Origin: an uncultured Vicinamibacteraceae bacterium
GTDB lineage: Bacteria; Acidobacteriota; Vicinamibacteria; Vicinamibacterales; UBA8438
Direction of reading: 5' to 3'
Assembly: GCA_964342695.1 (NCBI GenBank)
Contig: CAYFFV010000010.1
Location: 5,146-69,145 of the forward strand
Length of the DNA: 64,000 nt
Position 1 is the first letter of the stretch, and every line of letters begins with the position of its first letter. The notes beneath the pieces are model-generated. The model was not told where the DNA came from. It searched no databases and was given only the letters and a program-made list of their open reading frames with translations. Below, piece after piece: positions 39,997-50,304 of this stretch. The position numbers and the translations under genes are program-made.

Positions 39997-42914
39997 TGTG
40001 AGCTCCCATGGCATTTCTTGAATTTCTTTCCACTACCGCAGGGACAGGGATCGTTTCGTCCAACTTTAGGCGTCTCTCGTCTTATCGTTTTGACGCGTGC
40101 GTCATCGCCACCAGTGCGAGCAGGTTGACGGCCACGTTCTGGACTTGGGCCTTCTTGAACTGGTCTCGCGAGGCTAGCTTCGGGTTTGCTGAAACTTAAA
40201 GCAGTATTTTTCCTAATTACTGGTTGAATGGCACCGGACCCGCTGCCTTCTCTTGAAACCGGCCTTAACCTCCAAAGATATTTAACAGTCTCTTCGTCGA
40301 TTCTATCTTTCATCTCTTGAAAGAGAGAAAAACTTTCTCTTTTGTATTCGACAAGGGGATTCTTCTGCCCATAACCGCGCAGGCTTATTCCTTCCTTAAG
40401 ATGATCTAGGCTGTATAGGTGGTCCTTCCACTGAACATCAACAACCTGTAACATAATGTCTCGCTCTACCCGTCGCAGGAGATCAGCTTCGGCAGCGCTT
40501 TCCTTTTCTTTGTATTTTGACATCGCTGCGGCCCAGAGGGCGTCGCTCATTTCATCGCTGGACTGATTCTGAATATCGAGCTCGCCTAGGGGGCTTGCGT
40601 CGATCCCGAATAGCTCAGAGCTGTATTGTGTTATCGCGTCTATATCCCAGTCCTCTGGATCGATGTCGTCAGCGCAGATATTATCAACGTGTTCATATAA
40701 AAGTCCTTCGGCAAGCGTCATGAGATAAGCTCTGGTGTCAACCTCGCGAGTTTCAGATTCTGACTCTTCATCCAGTTTTATCGTCCCTTCGAGGAGCTCT
40801 CGGCGAAGAGCGTAAACGTTTTCTCGTTGCTTGTTCATAACATCGTCATATTCCAGAAGGTGCTTACGAACGGAAAAATTTTGGGCCTCAACCTGTTTTT
40901 GAGCTCTTTCTATCGCCTTCGTGACCATTGAATGTTCAATCGGAACATCATCCTCCATTCCAAGTCTGTCCATTAACCCTGAGATCCGATCAGAACCAAA
41001 GATGCGCATCAGGTCGTCTTCGAGGGAAAGATAGAATCGTGAAGAACCAGGGTCGCCTTGGCGTCCAGCTCGCCCGCGGAGCTGATTGTCAATGCGCCTT
41101 GCTTCGTGACGCTCGGTGGCGATTATATGAAGTCCTCCCGCTTTTACAACGTCAGCGTGCTCGATATCTGTTTGTTCTTTGAAGTGGCTGAAGATTCGTT
41201 GCCAATGTGTAGTTGGAATCTTGAAATATCGTTGATCGTGAGAGAAAAATACAAAGGAATCATCGTCTATATACTTGAATTCCCCTTTGGGGATCTCGAC
41301 TGCAACCTGTTCTTTTAGGGCTTGTTGGCGAGCCATGTGTTCAGGGTTTCCGCCCAATAAAATATCTGTACCTCGTCCGGCCATATTTGTTGCGATCGTG
41401 ACATTTCCTTTTCGTCCAGCCTGGGAGACGATCTCTGCCTCGCGTCCATGGTATTTGGCATTTAGAACTACGTGTCGGATTCCTTGTTGCTTTAAAAGAG
41501 CAGATAACCGTTCAGATTTTGCAATTGAGACGGTTCCACACAGGACTGGGCGTTCGCAGCGCTGTTGTTCAACAATGTCATTAACAATGGCTTTATACTT
41601 TTCATTTTCCGTTTTATAGATGGAGTCAGGTAGCTCAAGACGTACAAGGTTTCTATTCGTTGGAACCACAACGACATCAAGTTTGTATATTTTTGCAAAC
41701 TCTGGAGCCTCGGTTTCCGCTGTGCCTGTCATTCCAGATAATTTCTCGTATTTCCGAAAGTAATTTTGAAATGTAATTGTGGCGAGGGTTTGATTCTCCC
41801 TCTCTATCTTGACTTTCTCTTTAGCTTCAACGGCTTGGTGGAGCCCGTCGCTCCATCGGCGCCCCGGCATTAGTCTGCCCGTGAACTCATCAACAATTAC
41901 GACTTGGCCTTCTTTTACCATGTAATCAACGTCGCGTTTGAAAAGGCTGTGAGCTCGAAGAGATTGGTTAATATGGTGCAGGAGAGGCATGTTCGCAGGG
42001 TCGTAAAGTCCTCCAGGTTGAAGACGCCCTGTTAGCAAGCCTTCCGCTTTTGAGATGCCAGACTCGGTTAAAGTGACAGTCTTATGTTTCTCGTCTTTAA
42101 GGAAGTCACCCGTGGTTTCAAGTTCTTCTCGTTTTTCAGCGGGGACGTTTCCTTGGGTGACTGCTCCAGGATTAAGTTTTGGGATAATTCGGTCAACCTC
42201 GTAATAGAGCTCGGTTGATGTTTCAGCTGGACCAGAGATGATAAGTGGCGTCCTTGCCTCGTCTATTAAAATGCTGTCCACCTCATCTACGATTGCGAAA
42301 TTATGGGGTCTTTGGACAAACTGGGATATGTCAAACTTCATGTTGTCGCGCAAGTAATCGAAACCAAACTCATTGTTTGTTCCATATGTGATGTCGCAGC
42401 CATAAGCATCTTGTCGTTCTGGATCCCGCATGTCATGTTGAATGACACCTACGCTCATTCCTAAAAAGCGGTATATACGTCCCATCCATTCTGAGTCGCG
42501 GCGTGCCAGGTAATCATTTACTGTGACAACGTGAACACCCTTTCCCTCGAGAGCGTTTAAATAGGCTGCAAGCGTTGCAACGAGAGTCTTTCCCTCGCCA
42601 GTCTTCATCTCTGCGAGAATTCCCTTATGAAGAACGATGCCACCAATAAGCTGAACATCGAAATGGCGCATGTTTAACGTTCGTAGGCCGGACTCTCGAA
42701 CTACCGCAAAAGCCTCGGGCAAAAGATCATCAAGTGTTTCGCCTCTAGTTATTCGCTCCCGAAAGGAGGCTGTCTTTTGTTTAAGTTCGCTATCTGAAAG
42801 CTCTTTTACTGCAGACTCGAAGGAATTAATAAGATCGACAGTGGGAAGAATCCGCTTTAAAAAACGGTCATTCTCGGTTCCAAATACTTTTGCAAGTAAA
42901 TTGTCGAAAATCAT
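39993..42914 (-). CDS. secA: preprotein translocase ATPase SecA
   Basis: 973 aa. [30 protein letters not shown] and the C-terminal zinc motif [14 protein letters not shown]. Confidence 0.97.
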   Translation of the reverse strand: MIFDNLLAKVFGTENDRFLKRILPTVDLINSFESAVKELSDSELKQKTASFRERITRGETLDDLLPEAFAVVRESGLRTLNMRHFDVQLIGGIVLHKGILAEMKTGEGKTLVATLAAYLNALEGKGVHVVTVNDYLARRDSEWMGRIYRFLGMSVGVIQHDMRDPERQDAYGCDITYGTNNEFGFDYLRDNMKFDISQFVQRPHNFAIVDEVDSILIDEARTPLIISGPAETSTELYYEVDRIIPKLNPGAVTQGNVPAEKREELETTGDFLKDEKHKTVTLTESGISKAEGLLTGRLQPGGLYDPANMPLLHHINQSLRAHSLFKRDVDYMVKEGQVVIVDEFTGRLMPGRRWSDGLHQAVEAKEKVKIERENQTLATITFQNYFRKYEKLSGMTGTAETEAPEFAKIYKLDVVVVPTNRNLVRLELPDSIYKTENEKYKAIVNDIVEQQRCERPVLCGTVSIAKSERLSALLKQQGIRHVVLNAKYHGREAEIVSQAGRKGNVTIATNMAGRGTDILLGGNPEHMARQQALKEQVAVEIPKGEFKYIDDDSFVFFSHDQRYFKIPTTHWQRIFSHFKEQTDIEHADVVKAGGLHIIATERHEARRIDNQLRGRAGRQGDPGSSRFYLSLEDDLMRIFGSDRISGLMDRLGMEDDVPIEHSMVTKAIERAQKQVEAQNFSVRKHLLEYDDVMNKQRENVYALRRELLEGTIKLDEESESETREVDTRAYLMTLAEGLLYEHVDNICADDIDPEDWDIDAITQYSSELFGIDASPLGELDIQNQSSDEMSDALWAAAMSKYKEKESAAEADLLRRVERDIMLQVVDVQWKDHLYSLDHLKEGISLRGYGQKNPLVEYKRESFSLFQEMKDRIDEETVKYLWRLRPVSREGSGSGAIQPVIRKNTALSFSKPEASLARPVQEGPSPERGRQPARTGGDDARVKTIRRETPKVGRNDPCPCGSGKKFKKCHGSSQ

Positions 42915-43085
42915 TTTAGGCAGAAAACAAACGTGAATGTATGCAATTCAAAAAGAATGAGCGCGTAAAGTTTATGTGCCATTGATTAATTTTTGACTAT
43001 CCCGTAGCCAGATCATGAGCTGAAAGGTTGGATGATTCTAGGGGGTTGCATGTAGTGCCGTCAAGAAGGAGAAAGAAGCGAGCTG

Positions 43086-43979
43086 CTAGTTAGCGTCAAA
43101 TGTCTTGGAGTCAATAACGATTCGTCTCGGATTAATCGTGCGATCATTGACCCAGACTTCGTAATGAACATGATGGCCCGTAGCCCGACCTGTATTTCCA
43201 ACAGTGCCGATAATGTCCCCGCGAACCACCGTATCTCCCGGCTTAACTAAGAACTCAGATAAATGTCCGTACCGTGTTCTTAATCCAAATCCATGATCGA
43301 TTTCGATCAAATTCCCGTAGTCGCCATTTCTGGCAGCGGAAATCACTTTTCCTGAGGCAGTCGAGTAGACAGGCGCCCCTTTGCTTGTGGATATATCAAC
43401 GGCGGGATGAAAATCTCGTTTTCCCGTAAAAGGATCAGCGCGGTAGCCATAGCCATCGGAGAGCCATCCATCCGTAGGCCAAGTAAGGGGAGTCGCATCT
43501 GCTAAGGCCTCGCGGATCGCAAGATCTTTTTTAACTGACTCGAGGCGACTGTCCAAGGAAACCAATAGAGCGTCTAACCGAGCAAGAATTACTTGGGTGT
43601 CTTCAAAGCTAAGGCCGTTGCTAAGCCCTGAAGTAACGTCTTCATGCCCTGGTAGCTCATGGAGGGCTTGCTGAATTTGTGGATCAAGATCAACTCGGTG
43701 AGTCAATTCAGACATCGCCGTGCGAAGTATGACCATCTCCTGAGCAATGTCCTGTGCTGCAAGTCGGTATTCTGAGTTCTCGAGTTTTAAACTTGTGTTG
43801 CTCATATGGAGAGAATCAATAGTGGAGTGTGTAGTCCAAGCGAAATAAAAGATTGAAAACACAGGTATCAGAACCAGAGGTAATCCCACAGCGATTACTC
43901 TGCTTAAGCGAATAGTAAAACGCCTAATTGCTCCAGTATTTCTGTCAGATAATAGAAGTGAATATCGTCGTTTAAGCAT
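43086..43979 (-). CDS. M23-family peptidoglycan metalloendopeptidase with N-terminal TM segment and coiled coil
   Basis: HPAVDI...GN..IDHG...RYGHLS and GHHVHYEVWVND are LytM-domain motifs. Confidence 0.85.
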   Translation of the reverse strand: MLKRRYSLLLSDRNTGAIRRFTIRLSRVIAVGLPLVLIPVFSIFYFAWTTHSTIDSLHMSNTSLKLENSEYRLAAQDIAQEMVILRTAMSELTHRVDLDPQIQQALHELPGHEDVTSGLSNGLSFEDTQVILARLDALLVSLDSRLESVKKDLAIREALADATPLTWPTDGWLSDGYGYRADPFTGKRDFHPAVDISTSKGAPVYSTASGKVISAARNGDYGNLIEIDHGFGLRTRYGHLSEFLVKPGDTVVRGDIIGTVGNTGRATGHHVHYEVWVNDRTINPRRIVIDSKTFDAN

Positions 43980-44082
43980 TTTTTTATCGCTGAAGCCTTA
44001 AAGATTAACACAGTTGCAACGACAAGAGAAATTCGGTCCTTAAGTTTACGGAGGCTAATTTTGAATTTTAAGGCAAGAAAGG

Positions 44083-45831
44083 TTATAGATTTAATTCTGA
44101 TTCAATGAATATCTTATTGTCGTTGCCGAGGTCTCGAGCCGCTGGAGTTACAATTGTTTTTTTGCCTATGAGAATTCTTTTGTGCTCGGCAATCGCTTTG
44201 CGAACGTCGTCTTCGCAAACAAATTCTACCGGCACAGGTAGTTCCGTGGTTTTGTCCGATTGTGGATTGACAACCGATGTCGTGCTGTCTTTTTGGCTGC
44301 GTGTGTTTATGTCTTCACTTGCGGCTCTTGTCTTTAGAAAAGCCTCTGCTCGCTGAGAGACCAGATCGGAGGACATTGATGGCTTAACGGGGTGCATCGG
44401 TGGAGAAGGCAAGGCGAGTTGCTGATTTGAGTTCGTAGAAGTCTTAATGGTTCTGCTGTCTGATACGGGTTTGACTTCGTACGCAAGTCGTTTAATGTTT
44501 AGCAGATGGAGGGGGGTAATGTTGTCAGAGGTTATGTTGCCACCAAAGCCTCCACAGCCCAAAGTCATTGCAGGTGGTAAACCTGTAGTTAGACCAATTG
44601 ATCCATGAGTAGTGGGAGTGTTCACTACGATCCGAGAGGCTGGTTTTTTTAATCCAAACTCAAGGATGATGTCTTCGTTCTTTGAGTGAATAGACATTGT
44701 GTGCCCCATTCCACCGTATTGCAGGATTTCTTTGCAACGCTCGCAGCCTTCCTGCCAATCTTTGACGGTATAAAAAGATAAAACCGGGCAGAGTTTCTCA
44801 ATCGACAGCGGGAAATCTCGACCCACACCTTGGAGAGGTGCAATTAAAACTCGCGTCTTCTGGGGAATGGAAATATCTGCGCGGTCGGCAATAAAGCTTG
44901 CGGAACGACCAACTAAATCTGGGTTAGGGAGGCGTTGTGATGTGATTAGAATCTTTGAGAGCTTTTGACTTTCCTCTGAGGAGAGAAAATGGCCTCCGTT
45001 TTCTTCGAATGCTAGCATCACTTTCTCAAAGATTCGGTTATCCACCACGACTGAATTTTCCGAAGAACAGAGGACTCCGTTGTCAAAGGTTTTCCCGGTA
45101 ATGATGTCATTAACGGCTTTTTCAATATCAGCCGATGATTCAATATAGGCGGGGGCATTTCCTGGGCCTACACCATATGCGGGTTTGCCAGCGGAATAGG
45201 CGGCCCTTACGAGCCCCATTCCCCCTGTTGCAAGGATGACCGCAATGTTTCTATGCTGCATTAACGCCTGTGTGCCTTCGATGGTAACAGTTCGCATCCA
45301 GTTGATAGCACCAGTGGGAGCTCCAGCACTACAGGCGGCCTCTTCCATTATTTCTGCCGTGCGCACAATACATTTAATGGCCGTCGGATGGGGGCTGATT
45401 ACTATTGAACACCTGGCTTTAAGTGCGATTAGGATTTTGTAAATTGTGGTCGATGTGGGATTGGTGGAGGGTATTACAGCCGCAACTGGGCCAAATGGCT
45501 CAGCGATTTCAAGAAAGGATTTCTCAGTAGATTCAGAAATGACGCCGACGGTTTTTAAAGGTTTAATAAAATTAAAGACCTTCTCTGATGCAAAAATATT
45601 TTTTTTTATTTTATCTTTGACGATGCCAAAACCGGTTTCATTTTGAGCAAGCTTGGCTAGAGATTCGGCATTTTCGGTGGCTGCTTGAGCCATTGACTTA
45701 ACGATTAAATCTATCTTGTTCTGTGTTAGTTCGGTAAGCGTGTTTTGGGCCAAGGCCGCCTTAGCGGAAAGCTCCCTGGCTTGCCGGATGGATTCTAAGT
45801 CAGGTTGAAGGTTGTCGGAAATTTCACTCAT
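44083..45831 (-). CDS. CoA-acylating aldehyde dehydrogenase (AdhE N-terminal-domain type) with a C-terminal extension of about 130 aa
   Basis: GVGPGNAPAYI and TFDNGVLC255SSE catalytic region. The core ends near aa 452. It is followed by an S/T/P/Q-rich linker, a predicted amphipathic helix SSDLVSQRAEAFLKTRAAS, and a terminal VEFVCEDDVRKAIAEHKRILIGKKTIVTPAARDLG module. Confidence 0.8.
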   Translation of the reverse strand: MSEISDNLQPDLESIRQARELSAKAALAQNTLTELTQNKIDLIVKSMAQAATENAESLAKLAQNETGFGIVKDKIKKNIFASEKVFNFIKPLKTVGVISESTEKSFLEIAEPFGPVAAVIPSTNPTSTTIYKILIALKARCSIVISPHPTAIKCIVRTAEIMEEAACSAGAPTGAINWMRTVTIEGTQALMQHRNIAVILATGGMGLVRAAYSAGKPAYGVGPGNAPAYIESSADIEKAVNDIITGKTFDNGVLCSSENSVVVDNRIFEKVMLAFEENGGHFLSSEESQKLSKILITSQRLPNPDLVGRSASFIADRADISIPQKTRVLIAPLQGVGRDFPLSIEKLCPVLSFYTVKDWQEGCERCKEILQYGGMGHTMSIHSKNEDIILEFGLKKPASRIVVNTPTTHGSIGLTTGLPPAMTLGCGGFGGNITSDNITPLHLLNIKRLAYEVKPVSDSRTIKTSTNSNQQLALPSPPMHPVKPSMSSDLVSQRAEAFLKTRAASEDINTRSQKDSTTSVVNPQSDKTTELPVPVEFVCEDDVRKAIAEHKRILIGKKTIVTPAARDLGNDNKIFIESELNL

Positions 45832-45866
45832 TTCCAGCGAACATCAGGTTAATTTTAAATTAAGGG

Positions 45867-46157
45867 CTATTTTGTCGCAGCCTTAATATTTGGGAGTACT
45901 TTCTCCACCTCTGCGTGAGGCCTTGGAATAACATGGACTGATACGAGCTCTCCGACTCTTCTTGCAGCGGCGGCGCCTGCATCAGTGGAAGCCTTTACGG
46001 CTCCCACGTCACCTCGAACCATGACGGTAACGTAGCCTGCGCCAATGTATTCCTTTCCGACAAGCACAACGTTGGCTGCTTTGACCATCGCGTCTGCCGC
46101 TTCAATGGAGCCCACAAGACCTTTTGTTTCGACCATTCCAAGTGCTTCAAGAGTCAT
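45867..46157 (-). CDS. bacterial microcompartment shell protein, BMC-H (PduA/EutM/CcmK family)
   Basis: [78 protein letters not shown] is close to canonical PduA as I recall it. A GGAGG RBS is present. Confidence 0.92.
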   Translation of the reverse strand: MTLEALGMVETKGLVGSIEAADAMVKAANVVLVGKEYIGAGYVTVMVRGDVGAVKASTDAGAAAARRVGELVSVHVIPRPHAEVEKVLPNIKAATK

Positions 46158-46242
46158 TAAGAATCCTCCGCCGAATCGTGTCGGCTTAACGTTTTAGTGC
46201 TTGGCGCCGGACTGTAACATATTGCCGCTTTAAACGGCGTAT

Positions 46243-46941
46243 TTATTTTTCGGACTCATCTAGAATCCTTAAAACCCGTTCAACATAATTTCTTGTTTCG
46301 GAATAGGGAGGCACTCCCTGAAATTTAATTACTGAGCCTTCCCCGGCATTGTAGGCAGCGAGGCCGCCTCGCATTCCATATGAGTCAAGTAACAACCTTA
46401 AATATCTAGTGCCTGCATCGATGTTAGCAGCCGGATCAAATGGATCGCCAACGTTGTATCGAGATGCTGTAGCAGGCATTAGCTGCATTAGTCCCATTGC
46501 ACCTCTGGGTGATTGAGCGTTTGGACGATACGCGGATTCGACTTGAATAACAGCGTGGAGCAGGTCGTCCGCCACGCCGTGGCGATTGGCTGCGTCTCTA
46601 ATCAGCGAGGCAAAGGGTCTTTTGCGAAGGATTTCTGCGCGCGCTTCTTGAACGATAACCGTCTGAGAAGGGGACTGGACTGGCTGAGGTGCGACGGTAG
46701 ACTCGATGCTGTCGATGATCTCCTTAGAAAAATTTACCGTGTCCCCATTTAGCAGGATTAGGTCGACAGTATTTCCTGAATTGTTATGGCCAGCGATTTC
46801 TAGCGTGTCACCTGAGGAAAATTGAACTGTTTCAGAAAGGGTCGGAGCTTCTCCTGAAATAGCGAGACTCACTACAAGACCAACTCCACTGGCGAAACCG
46901 AGAACTCCCCGTGGCATGCTTAAAAATCTAGCATATTGCAT
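46243..46941 (-). CDS. soluble lytic transglycosylase (SLT domain) with signal/anchor
   Basis: VIQVESAYRPNAQSPRGAMGLMQLMPATA and AYNAG motifs. Confidence 0.85.
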   Translation of the reverse strand: MQYARFLSMPRGVLGFASGVGLVVSLAISGEAPTLSETVQFSSGDTLEIAGHNNSGNTVDLILLNGDTVNFSKEIIDSIESTVAPQPVQSPSQTVIVQEARAEILRKRPFASLIRDAANRHGVADDLLHAVIQVESAYRPNAQSPRGAMGLMQLMPATASRYNVGDPFDPAANIDAGTRYLRLLLDSYGMRGGLAAYNAGEGSVIKFQGVPPYSETRNYVERVLRILDESEK

Positions 46942-47398
46942 GGTTTTGCATCAACCTGCACTTTTTATTTATTGGTCGGATGGCCTAATAAAAATTTTAT
47001 GCCGGCTTTAATCTCAATTTTTCATTGCCGTCGATACACTAAATACGGTTATTTTATAATTTATCGGTCTGAAAATGTGGAGAGATTACGAGCCAACCTT
47101 TTTTTATGGGCCTTATAGAGGTTGCTCAAAACGTCTTAATCTATAAAAACAAAAAGAAAACATCTTAAAACAGGCCACCAAAACAGTCTTCAATCGAAAA
47201 GAACACAGAGAGCACAGTATTGTCCCTATATATTCTCAAAGAGCGGAAATTTTCTCGAATCTTTGGTCTTTCCGGTCTTTTGGTTTGCTGTTAAAAATAT
47301 TTAACACATGAGACGTTCTTCTGAAACACTAGAGCTGTATCCTAATCTCTGTTAACAGGTGGCACAGTCATTAGGTTTATCAGAAAATTGAGAGAATA

Positions 47399-48604
47399 AT
47401 GGAGTACAAATGCAGGTTTGTAGGCCCCTCTGGAGGTGTCCATCAAGATGTCTTTTCAGCTTCTGATGAACACGAGCTCAGAAAAAAATTAAAGAAACAA
47501 GGAATCCTAGTTCTTGGAATAAAAAGAAAGGGTTTTCTTGGTTTCCTATCAGCGCTTTCAAAATCGGCAGATATGCCAAAAAGTAGGGAGTTCATTGTTT
47601 TTAACGATGAACTCGCGACTTTATTGAGTGCCGGCATCCCAATTGTCGAAGCGCTCGATATCCTCAGACATCGAATAGAATCCTCAGCACTTAAAGTTGT
47701 TTTAGATGATGTGGCTAACAGAGTTCGGTCCGGGGAGTCACTCTCAGAAGCTTTTAGAAACAGCAGTCACCAATGTTCAGGGGTTTATATCGCAACGCTC
47801 TTGGCTGGAGAAAAGAGTGGAAACCTTGAAAACGTAATTCGAAGATATGCTCGGCACGAGAAATTAATAGTGAGTGTTAAGTCTAAGGCGCTCTCGGCGA
47901 TGATATATCCAGCGATTCTCATGCTGCTGTCGTTTGTTGTTGTGGGCATTATTGTGCTTAACGTTGTTCCAGCGTTTTCTGCCTTTTATGCAGGGCTGGG
48001 TTCAGAGTTACCGCTCATGACCCGGGTAATCGTCTCGTTATCAACCTTGTTTAGCGACTACTTCCTCGGCTTTTTCGTTTTTGCGATAGCCTCTGTTTTA
48101 TCCTTCATTTATGCCAGGAAGGTTCCAGCTGCTAGGCTAATCATGGATTCTGCCCTTCTTAGAATCCCTGTGATAGGCGCGATAGTTGTGAAATTTAACG
48201 CCTCCCAGACTGCAAGAACGCTATCGACGCTTCTAGCCGGCGGGACACCTCTCCTCACGGCTTTAGAGGTGGTGCAAGGGGCCGCAGTCAATGGCCTTTT
48301 GGCTAAAAAAATTGGCGAGGTTGCGAAAGAAGTAAAGGAGGGCTCGGCGCTCTCGGTCGCGTTGGGAAGCCGGAATATCTTTCCTGCGGTCGGTCTGAAG
48401 ATGGTCGAGGTTGGCGAAACAACGGGGGCACTGAAGGAGATGCTTGAAAGCGTCTCCGATTTCTTTGACGAGGAAATACAACACAGTCTAGACCGCCTAA
48501 TGACTCTATTGGAGCCAAGCCTCTTAATACTGATGGGCATAGTTATATCAGCGATGTTGATTGCGCTCTATATGCCACTTCTGCAATTAGGAACATTGAT
48601 GTGA
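47399..48604 (+). CDS. type II secretion / type IV pilus platform protein (GspF/PilC family)
   Basis: 401 aa with two T2SSF-like repeats (F.ELATLLSAGIPIVEAL and TARTLSTLLAGGTPLLTAL) and three TM segments. Confidence 0.85.
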   Translation: MEYKCRFVGPSGGVHQDVFSASDEHELRKKLKKQGILVLGIKRKGFLGFLSALSKSADMPKSREFIVFNDELATLLSAGIPIVEALDILRHRIESSALKVVLDDVANRVRSGESLSEAFRNSSHQCSGVYIATLLAGEKSGNLENVIRRYARHEKLIVSVKSKALSAMIYPAILMLLSFVVVGIIVLNVVPAFSAFYAGLGSELPLMTRVIVSLSTLFSDYFLGFFVFAIASVLSFIYARKVPAARLIMDSALLRIPVIGAIVVKFNASQTARTLSTLLAGGTPLLTALEVVQGAAVNGLLAKKIGEVAKEVKEGSALSVALGSRNIFPAVGLKMVEVGETTGALKEMLESVSDFFDEEIQHSLDRLMTLLEPSLLILMGIVISAMLIALYMPLLQLGTLM

Positions 48605-50304
48605 AAGAAGAAAAAGAAAAAGGTAAGCTCTTGCGAATCGAAGGGGCTGAACATCAAGAAGAGAGGAATGGCATTGTAAACGGTCCTTCTGTGCCTCTTA
48701 CCACCTCAATGGATTCAAGTGTTTCTGAAGATGAGATTCTTTCCGCAAAATTGTTAGCGGAAAGATATCGAGTTGAGTACGTCGACCTTGATAAAGGTTT
48801 CATAGATCAAGAGGTGTTTCGCTCGATTCCGGCAGATTTGATGATTCAATACGGGTTTGTCCCTTTCAAAAAAGAAGGAGAGGTTCTCGTGATCGTCGTC
48901 GCTGACCCCAGCGATCTAAACATGATTGACGATCTTTCAAGTCGCCTCGGCGTGCGAGTGGCCATCAAGGCTGGCACTAATTCGGCCATAGAAAGAATTC
49001 TGAAGAGGAGTGAGGGCTCTCAGCGAGTCTTAGATGAGGCAACAGAAAGTTTTGGGCTCCAGATTCTCCATGAAGAAGACGACAGTGATGAGAGCTTGAC
49101 CGTCGAGCGCCTTACGAGCGATATCAGCCCTGTTATCCGACTCGTAGATTCAATGGTATATACAGCAATACAGCGCCGGGCCAGTGATATACATATTGAA
49201 ACTCAGAGTGACGCTGTCTATGTGAAATATCGCGTCGATGGAGTGCTGCAGTCGGCAATGAGACCAATAGATCGGCAGTTTCATAGTGCCATACTCTCAC
49301 GAATAAAGGTTATGTCCGAGCTAGACATTGCCGAAAAACGTGTTCCGCAAGATGGAAGGTTCAAGGTTAAGTTACCAGAAAAAAGTATTGATTTTAGGGT
49401 ATCTATCATGCCGAGCGTGCATGGGGAAGATGCCGTTCTTCGTGTTTTAGATAAAGAATCTATCAGTGAGCAATTTAAAGATCTTCGGTTGGATGTTCTA
49501 GGATTTCCAGCAGAGGAATTAGGCCGATTCCGAAAATACATTGCTGAGCCTTACGGGATGGTTTTAGTTACCGGCCCAACGGGAAGCGGCAAGACGACTA
49601 CTCTTTATGCAGCATTGTCTGAGATTCAAACAGTGGAGGATAAAATCATTACCATTGAAGATCCTGTTGAATATCAACTGAGCGGTATCACGCAGATCCC
49701 CATTAATGAGAAAAAGGGGCTTACGTTTGCTCGAGGGCTCCGCTCTGTCTTGAGACATGACCCAGACAAAATAATGGTCGGTGAGATAAGAGATACGGAG
49801 ACTGCTCAAATTGCTATTCAGTCTGCCCTCACAGGACATTTGGTGTTTACGACGGTTCATGCCAATAACGTGATCGACGTTCTCGGGCGTTTTCTGAATA
49901 TGGGCGTGGAAGAATATCAATTCGTATCCGCATTAAATTGCGTAATGGCTCAACGACTCGTTAGAACGATTTGCAATGATTGTAAAACGGTAGCGAAGGT
50001 TGATGAGGTAGAACTCACGGAGGCTGGCCTTAACCCAGGCTTGCACCGCCAACATGTTTTTTACGAAGGCGCCGGGTGTGTTGAATGCAACGGTTCCGGC
50101 TATAGAGGCAGGACAGCTATTTGTGAGCTACTAGACCTAACAGATGGCATTCGAGAAATGATATTGAATCGGAAATCCGCTTCTGAGATCAAGGCTGCCG
50201 CAAGAGCAGAGGGCATGAGGTTTCTGAGGGAGTCGGCGTTAGACCGCGTGCTAATGGGACTCACGACATTAAAGGAAATTAACAAGGTGACGTTTGTTGA
50301 ATGA
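48601..50304 (+). CDS. type II secretion / type IV pilus assembly ATPase (GspE/PilB family)
   Basis: Walker A GPTGSGKTTTLY, MVGEIRD, and the tetracysteine CNDC...CVEC. The GTG start overlaps the upstream stop (GTGA). Confidence 0.92.
   Translation: MKEEKEKGKLLRIEGAEHQEERNGIVNGPSVPLTTSMDSSVSEDEILSAKLLAERYRVEYVDLDKGFIDQEVFRSIPADLMIQYGFVPFKKEGEVLVIVVADPSDLNMIDDLSSRLGVRVAIKAGTNSAIERILKRSEGSQRVLDEATESFGLQILHEEDDSDESLTVERLTSDISPVIRLVDSMVYTAIQRRASDIHIETQSDAVYVKYRVDGVLQSAMRPIDRQFHSAILSRIKVMSELDIAEKRVPQDGRFKVKLPEKSIDFRVSIMPSVHGEDAVLRVLDKESISEQFKDLRLDVLGFPAEELGRFRKYIAEPYGMVLVTGPTGSGKTTTLYAALSEIQTVEDKIITIEDPVEYQLSGITQIPINEKKGLTFARGLRSVLRHDPDKIMVGEIRDTETAQIAIQSALTGHLVFTTVHANNVIDVLGRFLNMGVEEYQFVSALNCVMAQRLVRTICNDCKTVAKVDEVELTEAGLNPGLHRQHVFYEGAGCVECNGSGYRGRTAICELLDLTDGIREMILNRKSASEIKAAARAEGMRFLRESALDRVLMGLTTLKEINKVTFVE

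Noticed and set aside
42915-43085. CGGCACTACATGCAA on the minus strand upstream of secA resembles a sigma-54 promoter.
   Set aside because: The GG-to-GC spacing is two nucleotides too short and the leading T is missing. secA is not an expected sigma-54 target.
47361-47376. TGGCACAGTCATTAGG upstream of the gspF/pilC-like gene resembles the -24 half of a sigma-54 promoter.
   Set aside because: The -12 element reads TTAGG and lacks the nearly invariant GC. The motif also sits only about 25 nt from the start codon. It is probably a chance match.
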